A stretch of 64,000 nt of DNA from Eledone cirrhosa (Eukaryota): positions 42,780,001 through 42,844,000 of the forward strand of contig OZ024756.1 of the NCBI GenBank assembly GCA_964016885.1, in the 5' to 3' direction. The first letter of the stretch is position 1. Each line of letters begins with the position of its first letter. Below the pieces are notes generated by a model, which was given only the letters and a program-made list of their open reading frames with translations, was not told the DNA's origin and made no database searches. Positions 16,750-34,199 of the stretch are shown one piece after another. A program made the position numbers and the translations under genes.

Positions 16750-19700
16750 TAGAGACAGACATTGGTCACACACTAGAGACAGACATTGGACACACACTAG
16801 AGACAGACATTGGACAAACACCAGAGACAAACATTGGACACACACTAGAGACAGACATTGGACACACTAGAGACAGACATTGGACAGACTAGAGACAGAC
16901 ATTGGTCACACACTAGAGACAGACATTGGACACACACTAGAGACAGACATTAGACACACACTAGAGACAGACATTGGACACACACTAGAGACAGACATTG
17001 GACACACACTAGAGACAGACATTGGACACACATTAGAGACAGACGTTGGACACACACTAGAGACAGACATTGGACACACACTAGAGACAGACATTGGACA
17101 CATTAGAGACAGACATTGGACACACTAGAGACAGACATTGGACATACACACTAGTGACAAACATTGGACACACACCAGAGACAGACATTGGACACACACC
17201 AGAGACAGACATTGGACACACACTAGAGACAGACATTGGACACACACTAGAGACAGACATTGGACACACACCAGAGACAGACATTGGACACACACTAGAG
17301 ACAGACATTGGAGACACTAGAGACAGACATTGGACACACTAGAGACAGACATTGGGCACACACTAGAGACTGACATTGGACACACACTAGAGACAGACAT
17401 TGGAGACACTAGAGACAGACATTGGACACACACACTAGTGACAGACATTGGACACACACTAGAGATAGACATTAGACACACACTAGAGACAGACATTGGA
17501 CACACACTAGAGACAGACATTGGACATACTAGAGACAGACATTGGACACACACTAGAGACAGACATTGGACACACACTAGAGACAGACATTGGACACACA
17601 CTAGAGACAGACATTGGACACACTAGAGACAGACACTGGACACACACTAGAGACAGACATTGGACACACACTAGAGACAGACATTGGACACACATTAGAG
17701 ACAGAGATTAGAAACACACTAGAGACAGACATTGGACACACACTAGAGACAGACATTGGACACACACTAGAGACAGACATTGGACACACACCATAGTCAG
17801 ACATTGGACACACACACTAGAGAAAGACATTGGACACACAATAGAGACAGACATTAGACACACACCAGAGACAGACATTGGACACACACTAGGGACAGAC
17901 ATTGTGCACACACCAAAGACAGACATTGTGCACACACTAGAGACAGACATTGGACACACGCTAGAGACAGACATTGGACACACTAGATACAGACATTGGA
18001 CACACACACTAGAGACAGACACTAGACACACACTAGAGACAGACATTGGACACACACACAAGGGACATTCATTGGAGACACACTAGATAGAGACATTGGA
18101 CATACACTAGAGACAGACATCGGACACACACTAGATACAGACATTGGACACACACTAGATACAGACATTGGACACACACCAGAGACAGACATTGGACACA
18201 CACTAGAGACAGACATTGGACACACACCAGAGACAGACATTGGACACACACTAGAGACAGACATTGGACACACTAGAGACAGACATTGGACACACACTAG
18301 AGACAGACACTAGACACACACTAGAGACAGACATTGGACACACACACACAAGGGACAGTCATTGGAGACACACTAGATAGAGACATTGGACATACACTAG
18401 AGACAGACATTGGACACACACTAGATACAGACATTGGACACACACTAGAGACAGACATTGGACACACACCAGAGACAGACATTGGACATACACCAGAGAC
18501 AGACATTGGACACACACCAGAGACAGACATTGGACACACACTAGAGACAGACATTGGACACACACACTAGAGACAGACATTGGACAAACACCAGAGACAA
18601 ACATTGGACACACACTAGAGACAGACATTGGACACACTAGAGACAGACATTGGACACACTAGAGACAGACATTGGTCACACACTAGAGACAGACATTGGA
18701 CACACACTAGAGACAGACATTAGACACACACTAGAGACAGACATTGGACACACACTAGAGACAGACATTGGACACACACTAGAGACAGACATTGGACACA
18801 CATTAGAGACAGACGTTGGACACACACTAGAGACAGACATTGGACACACACTAGAGACAGACATTGGACACACTAGAGACAGACATTGGACACACTAGAG
18901 ACAGACATTGGGCATACACACTAGTGACAGACATTGGACACACACTAGAGACAGACATTGGACACACACCAGAGACAGACATTGGACACACACCAGAGAC
19001 AGACATTGGACACACACTAGAGACAGACATTGGACACACACTAGAGACAGACATTGGACACACACCAGAGACAGACATTGGACACACACTAGAGACAGAC
19101 ATTGGACACACACTAGAGACAGACATTGGACACACACCAGAGACAGACATTGGACACACACTAGAGACAGACATTGGACATACACCAGAGACAGACATTG
19201 GACACACACTAGAGACAGACATTGGACACACACCAGAGACAGACATTGGACACACACTAGAGACAGACATTGGACACACAACAGAGACAGACATTGGACA
19301 CACACCAGAGACAGACATTGGACACACACTAGAGACAGACATTGGACACACACTAGAGACAGACATTAGACACACGCCAGAGACAGACATTGGTCACACA
19401 CACTAGGGACAGACATTGGAGACACACTAGATACAGACATTGGACACAAACTAGAGACAGACATTGGAGACACACTAGAGACAGACATTGGACACACACT
19501 ATAGACAGACATTGGACACACACTAGAGACAGACATTGGAGACACACTAGAGACAGACATTGGACACACACTAGAGACAGACATTGGACACACACGAGAG
19601 ACAGACATTGGACACACACCAGAGACAGACATTGGACACACACTAGAGACAGACATTGGACACACACTAGAGACAGACATTGGACACACACCAGAGACAG

Positions 19701-22700
19701 ACATTGGACACACACTAGAGACAGACATTGGACACACACCAGAGACAGACATTGGACACACACCAGAGACAGACATTGGACACACACTAGAGACAGACAT
19801 TGGACACACACCAGAGACAGACATTGGACACACACTAGAGACAGACATTGGACACACACTAGAGACAGACATTGGACACACACTAGAGACAGACATTGGA
19901 CACACACTAGAGACAGACATTGGACACACACCAGAGACAGACATTGGACACACACCAGAGACAGACATTGGACACACACTAGAGACAGACATTGGACACA
20001 CACTAGAGACAGACATTGGACACACACTAGAGACAGACATTGGACACACACTAGAAACAGACATTGGACACACACCAGAGACAGACATTGGACACACACC
20101 AGAGACAGACATTGGACACACACCAGAGACAGACATTGGACACACACTAGAGACAGACATTGGACACACACCAGAGACAGACATTGGACACACACTAGAG
20201 ACAGACATTGGACACACACCAGAGACAGACATTGGACACACACCAGAGACAGACATTGGACACACACCAGAGACAGACATTGGGCACACACTAGAGACAG
20301 ACATTGGACACACACACTAGAGAAAGACATTGGACACACAATAGAGACAGACATTAGACACACACCAGAGACAGACATTGGACACACACTAGAGACAGAC
20401 ATTGTGCACACACCAAAGACAGACATTGGGCACACACTAGAGACAGACATTGGACACACACTAGAGACAGACATTGGGCACACACTAGAGACAGACATTG
20501 GACACACACTAGAGAAAAACATTTGACACACACTAGAGACAGACGTTGGACACACACACTAGAGACAGACATTGGACACACACTAGAGACAGACATTGGA
20601 CACACTAGAGACAGACATTGGACACACAGTAGAGACAGACACTAGACACACACTAGAGACAGACATTGGACACACACACACAAGGGACAGTCATTGGAGA
20701 CACACTAGATAGAGACATTGGACACACACTAGAGACAGACATTGGACACACTAGAGACAGACATTGGACACACACTAGAGACAGACACTAGACACACACT
20801 AGAGACAGACATTGGACACACACACACAAGGGAAAGTCATTGGAGACACACTAGATAGAGACATTGGAGACACACTAGAGACAGACATTGGACACACACT
20901 AGAGGCAGACATTGGACACACACCAGAGACAGACATTGGACACACACCAGAGACAGACATTGGACACACACTAGAGACAGACATTGGACACACACTAGAG
21001 ACAGACATTGGACAAACACCAGAGACAAACATTGGACACACACTAGAGACAGACATTGGACACACTAGAGACAGACATTGGACAGACTAGAGACAGACGT
21101 TGGTCACACACTAGAGACAGACATTGGACACACACTAGAGACAGACATTAGACACACACTAGAGACAGACATTGGACACACACTAGAGACAGACATTGGA
21201 CACACACTAGAGACAGACATTGGACACACATTAGAGACAGACGTTGGACACACACTAGAGACAGACATTGGACACACACTAGAGACAGACATTGGACACA
21301 CTAGAGACAGACATTGGACACACTAGAGACAGACATTGGACATACACACTAGTGACAAACATTGGACACACACTAGAGACAGACATTGGACACACACCAG
21401 AGACAGACATTGGACACACACCAGAGACAGACATTGGACACACACTAGAGACAGACATTGGACACACACTAGAGACAGACATTGGACACACACCAGAGAC
21501 AGACATTGGACACACACTAGAGACAGACATTGGAGACACTAGAGACAGACATTGGACACACTAGAAACAGACATTGGGCACACACTAGAGACGGACATTG
21601 GACACACACCAGAGACAGACATTGGACACACACTAGAGACAGACATTGGAGACACTAGAGACAGACATTGGAGACACTAGAGACAGACATTGGACACACA
21701 CACTAGTGACAGACATTGGACACACACTAGAGACAGACATTAGACACACACTAGAGACAGACATTGGACACACACTAGAGACAGACATTGGACATACTAG
21801 AGACAGACATTGGACACACACTAGAGACAGACATTGGACACACACTAGAGACAGACATTGGACACACACTAGAGACAGACATTGGACACACTAGAGACAG
21901 TCATTGGAGACACTAGAGACAGACATTGGAGACACTAGAGACAGACATTGGACACACACACTAGTGACAGACATTGGACACACACTACAGACAGACATTA
22001 GACACACACTAGAGACAGACATTGGACACACACTAGAGACAGACATTGGACATACTAGAGACAGACATTGGACACACACTAGAGACAGACATTGGACACA
22101 CACTAGAGACAGACATTGGACACACACTAGAGACAGACATTGGACACACTAGAGACAGACATTGGACACACACTAGAGACAGACATTGGACACACACTAG
22201 AGACAGACATTGGACACACATTAGAGACAGACATTGGACACACACTAGAGACAGACATTGGACACACACTAGAGACAGACATTGGACACACACTAGAGAC
22301 AGACATTGGACACACACCATAGTCAGACATTGGACACACACACTAGAGAAAGACATTGGACACACAATAGAGACAGACATTAGACACACACCAGAGACAG
22401 ACATTGGACACACACTAGAGACAGACATTGTGCACACACCAAAGACAGACAATGGGCACACACTAGAGACAGACATTGGACACACACTAGAGACAGACAT
22501 TGGACACACTAGAGACAGACATTGGACACAGACTAGAGACAGACATTGAACACACACCATAGTCAGACATTGGACACACACACTAGAGAAAGACATTGGA
22601 CACACAATAGAGACAGACATTAGACACACACCAGAGACAGACATTGGACACACACTAGAGACAGACATTGTGCACACACCAAAGACAGACATTGGGCACA

Positions 22701-25700
22701 CACTAGAGACAGACATTGGACACACACTAGAGACAGACATTGGGCACACACTAGAGACAGACATTGGACACACGCTAGAGACAGACATTGGACACACTAG
22801 ATACAGACATTGGACACACACACTAGAGACAGACACTAGACACACACTAGAGACAGACATTGGACACACACACAAGGGACATTCATTGGAGACACACTAG
22901 ATAGAGACATTGGACATACACTAGAGACAGACATTGGACACACACTAGATACAGACATTGGACACACACTAGATACAGACATTGGACACACACCAGAGAC
23001 AGACATTGGACACACACTAGAGACAGACATTGGACACACACCAGAGACAGACATTGGACACACACCAGAGACAGACATTGGACACACACTAGAGACAGAC
23101 ATTGGACACAAACTAGAGACAGACATTGGAGACACACTAGAGACAGACATTGGAGACACACTAGAGACAGACATTGGACACACACTAGAGGCAGACATTG
23201 GACACACACCAGAGACAGACATTGGACACACACCAGAGACAGACATTGGACACACACTAGAGACAGACATTGGACACACACTAGAGACAGACATTGGACA
23301 AACACCAGAGACAAACATTGGACACACACTAGAGACAGACATTGGACACACTAGAGACAGACATTGGACAGACTAGAGACAGACATTGGTCACACACTAG
23401 AGACAGACATTGGACACACACTAGAGACAGACATTAGACACTCACGAGAGACAGACATTGGACACACACTAGAGACAGACATTGGACACACACTAGAGAC
23501 AGACATTGGACACACATTAGAGACAGACGTTGGACACACACTAGAGACAGACATTGGACACACACTAGAGACAGACATTGGACACACTAGAGACAGACAT
23601 TGGACACACTAGAGACAGACATTGGACATACACACTAGTGACAAACATTGGACACACACTAGAGACAGACATTGGACACACACCAGAGACAGACATTGGA
23701 CACACACCAGAGACAGACATTGGACACACACTAGAGACAGACATTGGACACACACTAGAGACAGACATTGGACACACACCAGAGACAGACATTGGACACA
23801 CACTAGAGACAGACATTGGAGACACTAGAGACAGACATTGGACACACTAGAGACAGACATTGGGCACACACTAGAGACTGACATTGGACACACACTAGAG
23901 ACAGACATTGGAGACACTAGAGACAGACATTGGACACACACACTAGTGACTGACATTGGACACACACTAGAGACAGACATTAGACACACACTAGAGACAG
24001 ACATTGGACACACACTAGAGACAGACATTGGACACACTAGAGACAGACATTGGACACACACTAGAGACAGACATTGGACACACATTAGAGACAGACATTG
24101 GACACACACTAGAGACAGACATTGGACACACTAGAGACAGACATTGGACACACACTAGAGACAGACATTGGACACACACTAGAGACAGACATTGGACACA
24201 CATTAGAGACAGAGATTAGACACACACTAGAGACAGACATTGGACACACACTAGAGACAGACATTGGACACACACTAGAGACAGACATTGGACACACACC
24301 ATAGTCAGACATTGGACACACACACTAGAGAAAGACATTGGACACACAATAGAGACAGACATTAGACACACACCAGAGACAGACATTGGACACACACTAG
24401 AGACAGACATTGTGCACACACCAAAGACAGACATTGGGCACACACTAGAGACAGACATTGGACACACAATAGAGACAGACATTGGGCACACACTAGAGAC
24501 AGACATTGGACACACACTAGAGAAAAACATTTGACACACACTAGAGACAGACGTTGGACACACACACTAGAGACAGACATTGGACACACACTAGAGACAG
24601 ACATTGGACACACTAGAGACAGACATTGGACACACACTAGAGACAGACACTAGACACACACTAGAGACAGACATTGGACACACACACACAAGGGACAGTC
24701 ATTGGAGACACACTAGATAGAGACATTGGACATACACTAGAGACAGACATTGGACACACACTAGATACAGACATTGGACACACACTAGATACAGACATTG
24801 GACACACACCAGAGACAGACATTGGACACACACCAGAGACAGACATTGGACACACACCAGAGACAGACATTGGACACACACTAGAGACAGACATTGGACA
24901 CACACTAGAGACAGACATTGGAGACACACTAGAGACAGACATTGGAGACACACTAGAGACAGACATTGGACACACACTAGAGACAGACATTGGACACACA
25001 CCAGAGACAGACATTGGACACACACCAGAGACAGACATTGGACACACACTAGAGACAGACATTGGACACACACTAGAGACAGACATTGGACAAACACCAG
25101 AGACAAACATTGGACACACACTAGAGACAGACATTGGACACACTAGAGACAGACATTGGACACACTAGAGACAGACATTGGTCACACACTAGAGACAGAC
25201 ATTGGACACACACTAGAGACAGACATTAGACACACACTAGAGACAGACATTGGACACACACTAGAGACAGACATTGGACACACACTAGAGACAGACATTG
25301 GACACACATTAGAGACAGACGTTGGACACACACTAGAGACAGACATTGGACACACACTAGAGACAGACATTGGACACACTAGAGACAGACATTGGACACA
25401 CTAGAGACAGACATTGGGCATACACACTAGTGACAGACATTGGACACACACTAGAGACAGACATTGGACACACACCAGAGACAGACATTGGACACACACC
25501 AGAGACAGACATTGGACACACACTAGAGACAGACATTGGACACACACTAGAGACAGACATTGGACACACACCAGAGACAGACATTGGACACACACTAGAG
25601 ACAGACATTGGACACACACTAGAGACAGACATTGGACACACACCAGAGACAGACATTGGACACACACTAGAGACAGACATTGGACACACACCAGAGACAG

Positions 25701-27300
25701 ACATTGGACACACACTAGAGACAGACATTGGACACACACCAGAGACAGACATTGGACACACACTAGAGACAGACATTGGACACACACCAGAGACAGACAT
25801 TGGACACACACCAGAGTCAGACATTGGACACACACTAGAGACAGACATTGGACACACACTAGAGACAGACATTAGACACACGCCAGAGACAGACATTGGT
25901 CACACACACTAGGGACAGACATTGGAGACACACTAGATACAGACATTGGACACAAACTAGAGACAGACATTGGACACACACTAGATACAGACATTGGACA
26001 CACACCAGAGACACACATTGGACACACACTAGAGACAGACATTGGAGACACACTAGAGACAGACATTGGACACACACTATAGACAGACATTGGACACACA
26101 CTAGAGACAGACATTGGACACACACTAGAGACAGACATTGGAGACACACTTGAGACAGACATTGGACACACACTAGAGACAGACATTGGACACACACGAG
26201 AGACAGACATTGGACACACACCAGAGACAGACATTGGACACACACTAGAGACAGACATTGGACACACACTAGAGACAGACATTGGACACACACCAGAGAC
26301 AGACATTGGACACACACTAGAGACAGACATTGGACACACACCAGAGACAGACATTGGACACACACCAGAGACAGACATTGGACACACACCAGAGACAGAC
26401 ATTGGACACACACTAGAGACAGACATTGGACACACACCAGAGACAGACATTGGACACACACTAGAGACAGACATTGGACACACACTAGAGACAGACATTG
26501 GACACACACTAGAGACAGACATTGGACACACACCAGAGACAGACATTGGACACACACCAGAGACAGACATTGGACACACACTCGAGACAGACATTGGACA
26601 CACACTAGAGACAGACATTGGACACACACTAGAGACAGACATTGGACACACACTAGAAACAGACATTGGACACACACCAGAGACAGACATTGGACACACA
26701 CCAGAGACAGACATTGGACACACACCTGAGACAGACATTGGACACACACTAGAGACAGACATTGGACACACACCAGAGACAGACATTGGACACACACTAG
26801 AGACAGACATTGGACACACACCAGAGACAGACATTGGACACACACCAGAGACAGACATTGGACACACACCAGAGACAGACATTGGGCACACACTAGAGAC
26901 AGACATTGGACACACACACTAGAGAAAGACATTGGACACACAATAGAGACAGACATTAGACACACACCAGAGACAGACATTGGACACACACTAGTGACAG
27001 ACATTGTGCACACACCAAAGACAGACATTGGGCACACACTAGAGACAGACATTGGACACACACTAGAGACAGACATTGGGCACACACTAGAGACAGACAT
27101 TGGACACACACTAGAGAAAAACATTTGACACACACTAGAGACAGACGTTGGACACACACACTAGACACAGACATTGGACACACACTAGAGACAGACATTG
27201 GACACACTAGAGACAGACATTGGACACACACTAGAGACAGACACTAGACACACACTAGAGACAGACATTGGACACACACACACAAGGGACAGTCATTGGA
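16750..27300 (+). repeat. More diverged duplication with offset ~6.5 kb (~16.8-20.7 kb versus ~23.3-27.3 kb)
   Basis: ORF pairs 17317/23825 and 17601/24109 (6508), 18650/25156, 18851/25357 and 19353/25859 (6506), and 20555/27157 (6602). Several internal indels and substitutions separate the copies. Confidence 0.75.
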
Positions 27301-30039
27301 GACACACTAGATAGAGACATTGGACATACACTAGAGACAGACATTGGACACACACTAGATACAGACATTGGACACACACTAGATACAGACATTGGACACA
27401 CACCAGAGACAGACATTGGACACACACCAGAGACAGACATTGGACACACACCAGAGACAGACATTGGACACACACTAGAGACAGACATTGGACACACACT
27501 AGAGACAGACATTGGAGACACACTAGAGACAGACATTGGAGACACACTAGAGACAGACATTGGACACACACTAGAGACAGACATTGGACACACACCAGAG
27601 ACAGACATTGGACACACACCAGCGACAGACATTGGACACACACTAGAGACAGACATTGGACACACACTAGAGACAGACATTGGACAAACACCAGAGACAA
27701 ACATTGGACACACACTAGAGACAGACATTGGACACACTAGAGACAGACATTGGACACACTAGAGACAGACATTGGTCACACACTAGAGACAGACATTGGA
27801 CACACACTAGAGACAGACATTGGACACACACTAGAAACAGACATTGGACACACACCAGAGACAGACATTGGACACACACCAGAGACAGACATTGGACACA
27901 CACCTGAGACAGACATTGGACACACACTAGAGACAGACATTGGACACACACTAGAGACAGACATTGGACACACACTAGAGACAGACATTGGACACACACT
28001 AGAAACAGACATTGGACACACACCAGAGACAGACATTGGACACACACCAGAGACAGACATTGGACACACACCTGAGACAGACATTGGACACACACTAGAG
28101 ACAGACATTGGACACACACCAGAGACAGACATTGGACACACACTAGAGACAGACATTAGACACACACTAGAGACAGACATTGGACACACACTAGAGACAG
28201 ACATTGGACACACACTAGAGACAGACATTGGACACACATTAGAGACAGACGTTGGACACACACTAGAGACAGACATTGGACACACACTAGAGACAGACAT
28301 TGGACACACTAGAGACAGACATTGGACACACTAGAGACAGATATTGGGCATACACACTAGTGACAGACATTGGACACACACTAGAGACAGACATTGGACA
28401 CACACCAGAGACAGACATTGGACACACACCAGAGACAGACATTGGACACACACTAGAGACAGACATTGGACACACACTAGAGACAGACATTGGACACACA
28501 CCAGAGACAGACATTGGACACACACTAGAGACAGACATTGGACACACACTAGAGACAGACATTGGACACGCACCAGAGACAGACATTGGACACACACTAG
28601 AGACAGACATTGGACACACACCAGAGACAGACATTGGACACACACTAGAGACAGACATTGGACACACACCAGAGACAGACATTGGACACACACTAGAGAC
28701 AGACATTGGACACACACCAGAGACAGACATTGGACACACACCAGAGACAGACATTGGACACACACTAGAGACAGACATTGGACACACACTAGAGACAGAC
28801 ATTAGACACACGCCAGAGACAGACATTGGTCACACACACTAGGGACAGACATTGGAGACACACTAGATACAGACATTGGACACAAACTAGAGACAGATAT
28901 TGGACACACACTAGATACAGACATTGGACACACACCAGAGACAGACATTGGACACACACTAGAGACAGACATTGGAGACACACTAGAGACAGACATTGGA
29001 CACACACTATAGACAGACATTGGACACACACTAGAGACAGACATTCGACACACACTAGAGACAGATATTGGAGACACACTAGAGACAGACATTGGACACA
29101 CACTAGAGACAGACATTGGACACACACCAGAGACAGACATTGGACACACACTAGAGACAGACATTGGACACACACTAGAGACAGACATTGGACACACACC
29201 AGAGACAGACATTGGACACACACTAGAGACAGACATTGGACACACACCAGAGACAGACATTGGACACACACTAGAGACAGACATTGGACACACACTAGAG
29301 ACAGACATTGGACACACACCAGAGACAGACATTGGACACACACTAGAGACAGACATTGGACACACACCAGAGACAGACATTGGACACACACTAGAGACAG
29401 ACATTGGACACACACCAGAGACAGACATTGGACACACACTAGAGACAGACATTGGACACACACCAGAGACAGACATTGGACACACACCAGAGACCGACAT
29501 TGGACACACACTAGAGACAGACATTGGACACACACTAGAGACAGACATTAGACACACGACAGAGATAGACATTGGTCACACACACTAGGGACAGACATTG
29601 GAGACACACTAGATACAGACATTGGACACAAACTAGAGACAGACATTGGACACACACTAGATACAGACATTGGACACACACCAGAGACAGACATTGGACA
29701 CACACTAGAGACAGACATTGGAGACACACTAGAGACAGACATTGGACACACACTATAGACAGACATTGGACACACAATAGAGACAGACATTGGACACACA
29801 CTAGAGACAGACATTGGAGACACACTAGAGACAGACATTGGACACACACTAGAGACAGACATTGGACACACACGAGAGACAGACATTGGACACACACCAG
29901 AGACAGACATTGGACACACACTAGAGACAGACATTGGACACACACTAGAGACAGACATTGGACACACACCAGAGACAGACATTGGACACACACTAGAGAC
30001 AGACATTGGACACACACCAGAGACAGACATTGGACACAC

Positions 30040-33000
30040 ACCAGAGACAGACATTGGACACACACTAGAGACAGACATTGGACACACTAGAGACAGACAT
30101 TGGACACACTAGAGACAGACATTGGGCATACACACTAGTGACAGACATTGGACACACACTAGAGACAGACATTGGACACACACCAGAGACAGACATTGGA
30201 CACACACCAGAGACAGACATTGGACACACACTAGAGACAGACATTGGACACACACTAGAGACAGACATTGGACACACACCAGAGACAGACATTGGACACA
30301 CACTAGAGACAGACATTGGACACACACTAGAGACAGACATTGGACACACACTAGCGACAGACATTGGACACACACCAGAGACAGACATTGGACACACACT
30401 AGAGACAGACATTGGACACACACCAGAGACAGACATTGGACACACACTAGAGACAGACATTGGACACACACCAGAGACAGACATTGGACACACACCAGAG
30501 ACAGACATTGGACACACACTAGAGACAGACATTGGACACACACTAGAGACAGACATTAGACACACGCCAGAGACAGACATTGGTCACACACACTAGGGAC
30601 AGACATTGGAGACACACTAGATACAGACATTGGACACAAACTAGAGACAGACATTGGACACACACTAGATACAGACATTGGACACACACCAGAGACAGAC
30701 ATTGGACACACACTAGAGACAGACATTGGAGACACACTAGAGACAGACATTGGACACACACTATAGACAGACATTGGACACAGACTAGAGACAGACATTG
30801 GACACACACTAGAGAAGACATTGGAGACACACTAGAGACAGACATTGGACACACACTAGAGACAGACATTGGACACACACGAGAGACAGACATTGGACAC
30901 ACACCAGAGAGAGACATTGGACACACACTAGAGACAGACATTGGACACACACTAGAGACAGACATTGGACACACACCAGAGACAGACATTGGACACACAC
31001 TAGAGACAGACATTGGACACACACCAGAGACAGACATTGGACACACACCAGAGACAGACATTGGACACACACCAGAGACAGACATTGGACACACACTAGA
31101 GACAGACATTGGACACACACCAGAGACAGACATTGGACACACACTAGAGACAGACATTGGACACACACTAGAGAAGACATTGGACACACACTAGAGACAG
31201 ACATTGGACACACACTAGAGACAGACATTGGACACACACCAGAGACAGACATTGGACACACACCAGAGACAGACATTGGACACACACTAGAGACAGACAT
31301 TGGACACACACTAGAGACAGACATTGGACACACACTAGAGACAGACATTGGACACACACTAGAAACAGACATTGGACACACACCAGAGACAGACATTGGA
31401 CACACACCAGAGACAGACATTGGACACACACCAGAGACAGACATTGGACACACACTAGAGACAGACATTGGACACACACCAGAGACAGACATTGGACACA
31501 CACTAGAGACAGACATTGGACACACACCAGAGACAGACATTGGACACACACCAGAGACAGACATTGGACACACACCAGAGACAGACATTGGGCACACACT
31601 AGAGACAGACATTGGACACACACACTAGAGAAAGACATTGGACACACAATAGAGACAGACATTAGACACACACCAGAGACAGACATTGGACACACACTAG
31701 AGACAGACATTGTGCACACACCAAAGACAGACATTGGGCACACACTAGAGACAGACATTGGACACACACTAGAGACAGACATTGGGCACACACTAGAGAC
31801 AGACATTGGACACACACTAGAGAAAAACATTTGACACACACTAGAGACAGACGTTGGACACACACACTAGAGACAGACATTGGACACACACTAGAGACAG
31901 ACACTAGACACACACTAGAGACAGACATTGGACACACACACACAAGGGACAGTCATTGGAGACACACTAGATAGAGACATTGGACATACACTAGAGACAG
32001 ACATTGGACACACACCAGAGACAGACATTGGACACACACCAGAGACAGACATTGGACACACACTAGAGACAGACATTGGACACACTAGAGACAGACATTG
32101 GACACACTAGAGACAGACATTGGGCATACACACTAGTGACAGACATTGGACACACACTAGAGACAGACATTGGACACACACCAGAGACAGACATTGGACA
32201 CACACCAGAGACAGACATTGGACACACACCAGAGACAGACATTGGACACACACTAGAGACAGACATTGGACACACACTAGAGACAGACATTGGACACACA
32301 CCAGAGACAGACATTGGACACACACTAGAGACAGACATTGGACCCACACTAGAGACAGACATTGGACACACACCAGAGACAGACATTGGACACACACTAG
32401 CGACAGACATTGGACACACACCAGAGACAGACATTGGACACACACTAGAGACAGACATTGGACACACACCAGAGACAGACATTGGACACACACTAGAGAC
32501 AGACATTGGACACACACCAGAGACAGACATTGGACACACACCAGAGACAGACATTGGACACACACTAGAGACAGACATTGGACACACACTAGAGACAGAC
32601 ATTAGACACACGCCAGAGACAGACATTGGTCACACACACTAGGGACAGACATTGGAGACACACTAGATACAGACATTGGACACAAACTAGAGACAGACGT
32701 TGGACACACACTAGATACAGACATTGGACACACACCAGAGACAGACATTGGACACACACTAGAGACAGACATTGGAGACACACTAGAGACAGACATTGGA
32801 CACACACTATAGACAGACATTGGACACACACTAGAGACAGACATTGGACACACACTAGAGAAGACATTGGAGACACACTAGAGACAGACATTGGACACAC
32901 ACTAGAGACAGACATTGGACACACACGAGAGACAGACATTGGACACACACCAGAGAGAGACATTGGACACACACTAGAGACAGACATTGGACACACACTA

Positions 33001-33760
33001 GAGACAGACATTGGACACACACCAGAGACAGACATTGGACACACACTAGAGACAGACATTGGACACACACCAGAGACAGACATTGGACACACACCAGAGA
33101 CAGACATTGGACACACACCAGAGACAGACATTGGACACACACTAGAGACAGACATTGGATACACACCAGAGACAGACATTGGACACACACTAGAGACAGA
33201 CATTGGACACACACTAGAGAAGACATTGGACACACACTAGAGACAGACATTGGACACACACTAGAGACAGACATTGGACACACACCAGAGACAGACATTG
33301 GACACACACCAGAGACAGACATTGGACACACACTAGAGACAGACATTGGACACACACTAGAGACAGACATTGGACACACACTAGAGACAGACATTGGACA
33401 CACACTAGAAACAGACATTGGACACACACCAGAGACAGACATTGGACACACACCAGAGACAGACATTGGACACACACCAGAGACAGACATTGGACACACA
33501 CTAGAGACAGACATTGGACACACACCAGAGACAGACATTGGACACACACTAGAGACAGACATTGGACACACACCAGAGACAGACATTGGACACACACCAG
33601 AGACAGACATTGGACACACACCAGAGACAGACATTGGGCACACACTAGAGACAGACATTGGACACACACACTAGAGAAAGACATTGGACACACAATAGAG
33701 ACAGACATTAGACACACACCAGAGACAGACATTGGACACACACTAGAGACAGACATTGGA
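30040..33760 (+). repeat. Tandem higher-order duplication, period 2046 bp, marked by paired 23-bp monomers
   Basis: ORF pairs 30543/32589, 30809/32855 and 31168/33214 all have offset 2046. Both copies share the CTAGCGAC, CCAGAGAGAG and CTAGAGAAGAC variants. Confidence 0.9.
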
Positions 33761-34199
33761 CACACACTAGAGACAGACATTGGACACACACCATAGTCAG
33801 ACATTGGACACACACACTAGAGAAAGACATTGGACACACAATAGAGACAGACATTGGGCACACACTAGAGACAGACATTGGACACACACTAGAGACAGAC
33901 ATTGGGCACACACTAGAGACAGACATTGGACACACACTAGAGAAAAACATTTGACACACACTAGAGACAGACGTTGGACACACACACTAGAGACAGACAT
34001 TGGACACACACTAGAGACAGACATTGGACACACTAGAGACAGACATTGGACACACACACTAGAGACAGACACTAGACACACACTAGAGACAGACATTGGA
34101 CACACACACATAAGGGACAGTCATTGGAGACACACTAGATAGAGACATTGGACATACACTAGAGACAGACATTGGACACACACTAGAGACAGACATTGG

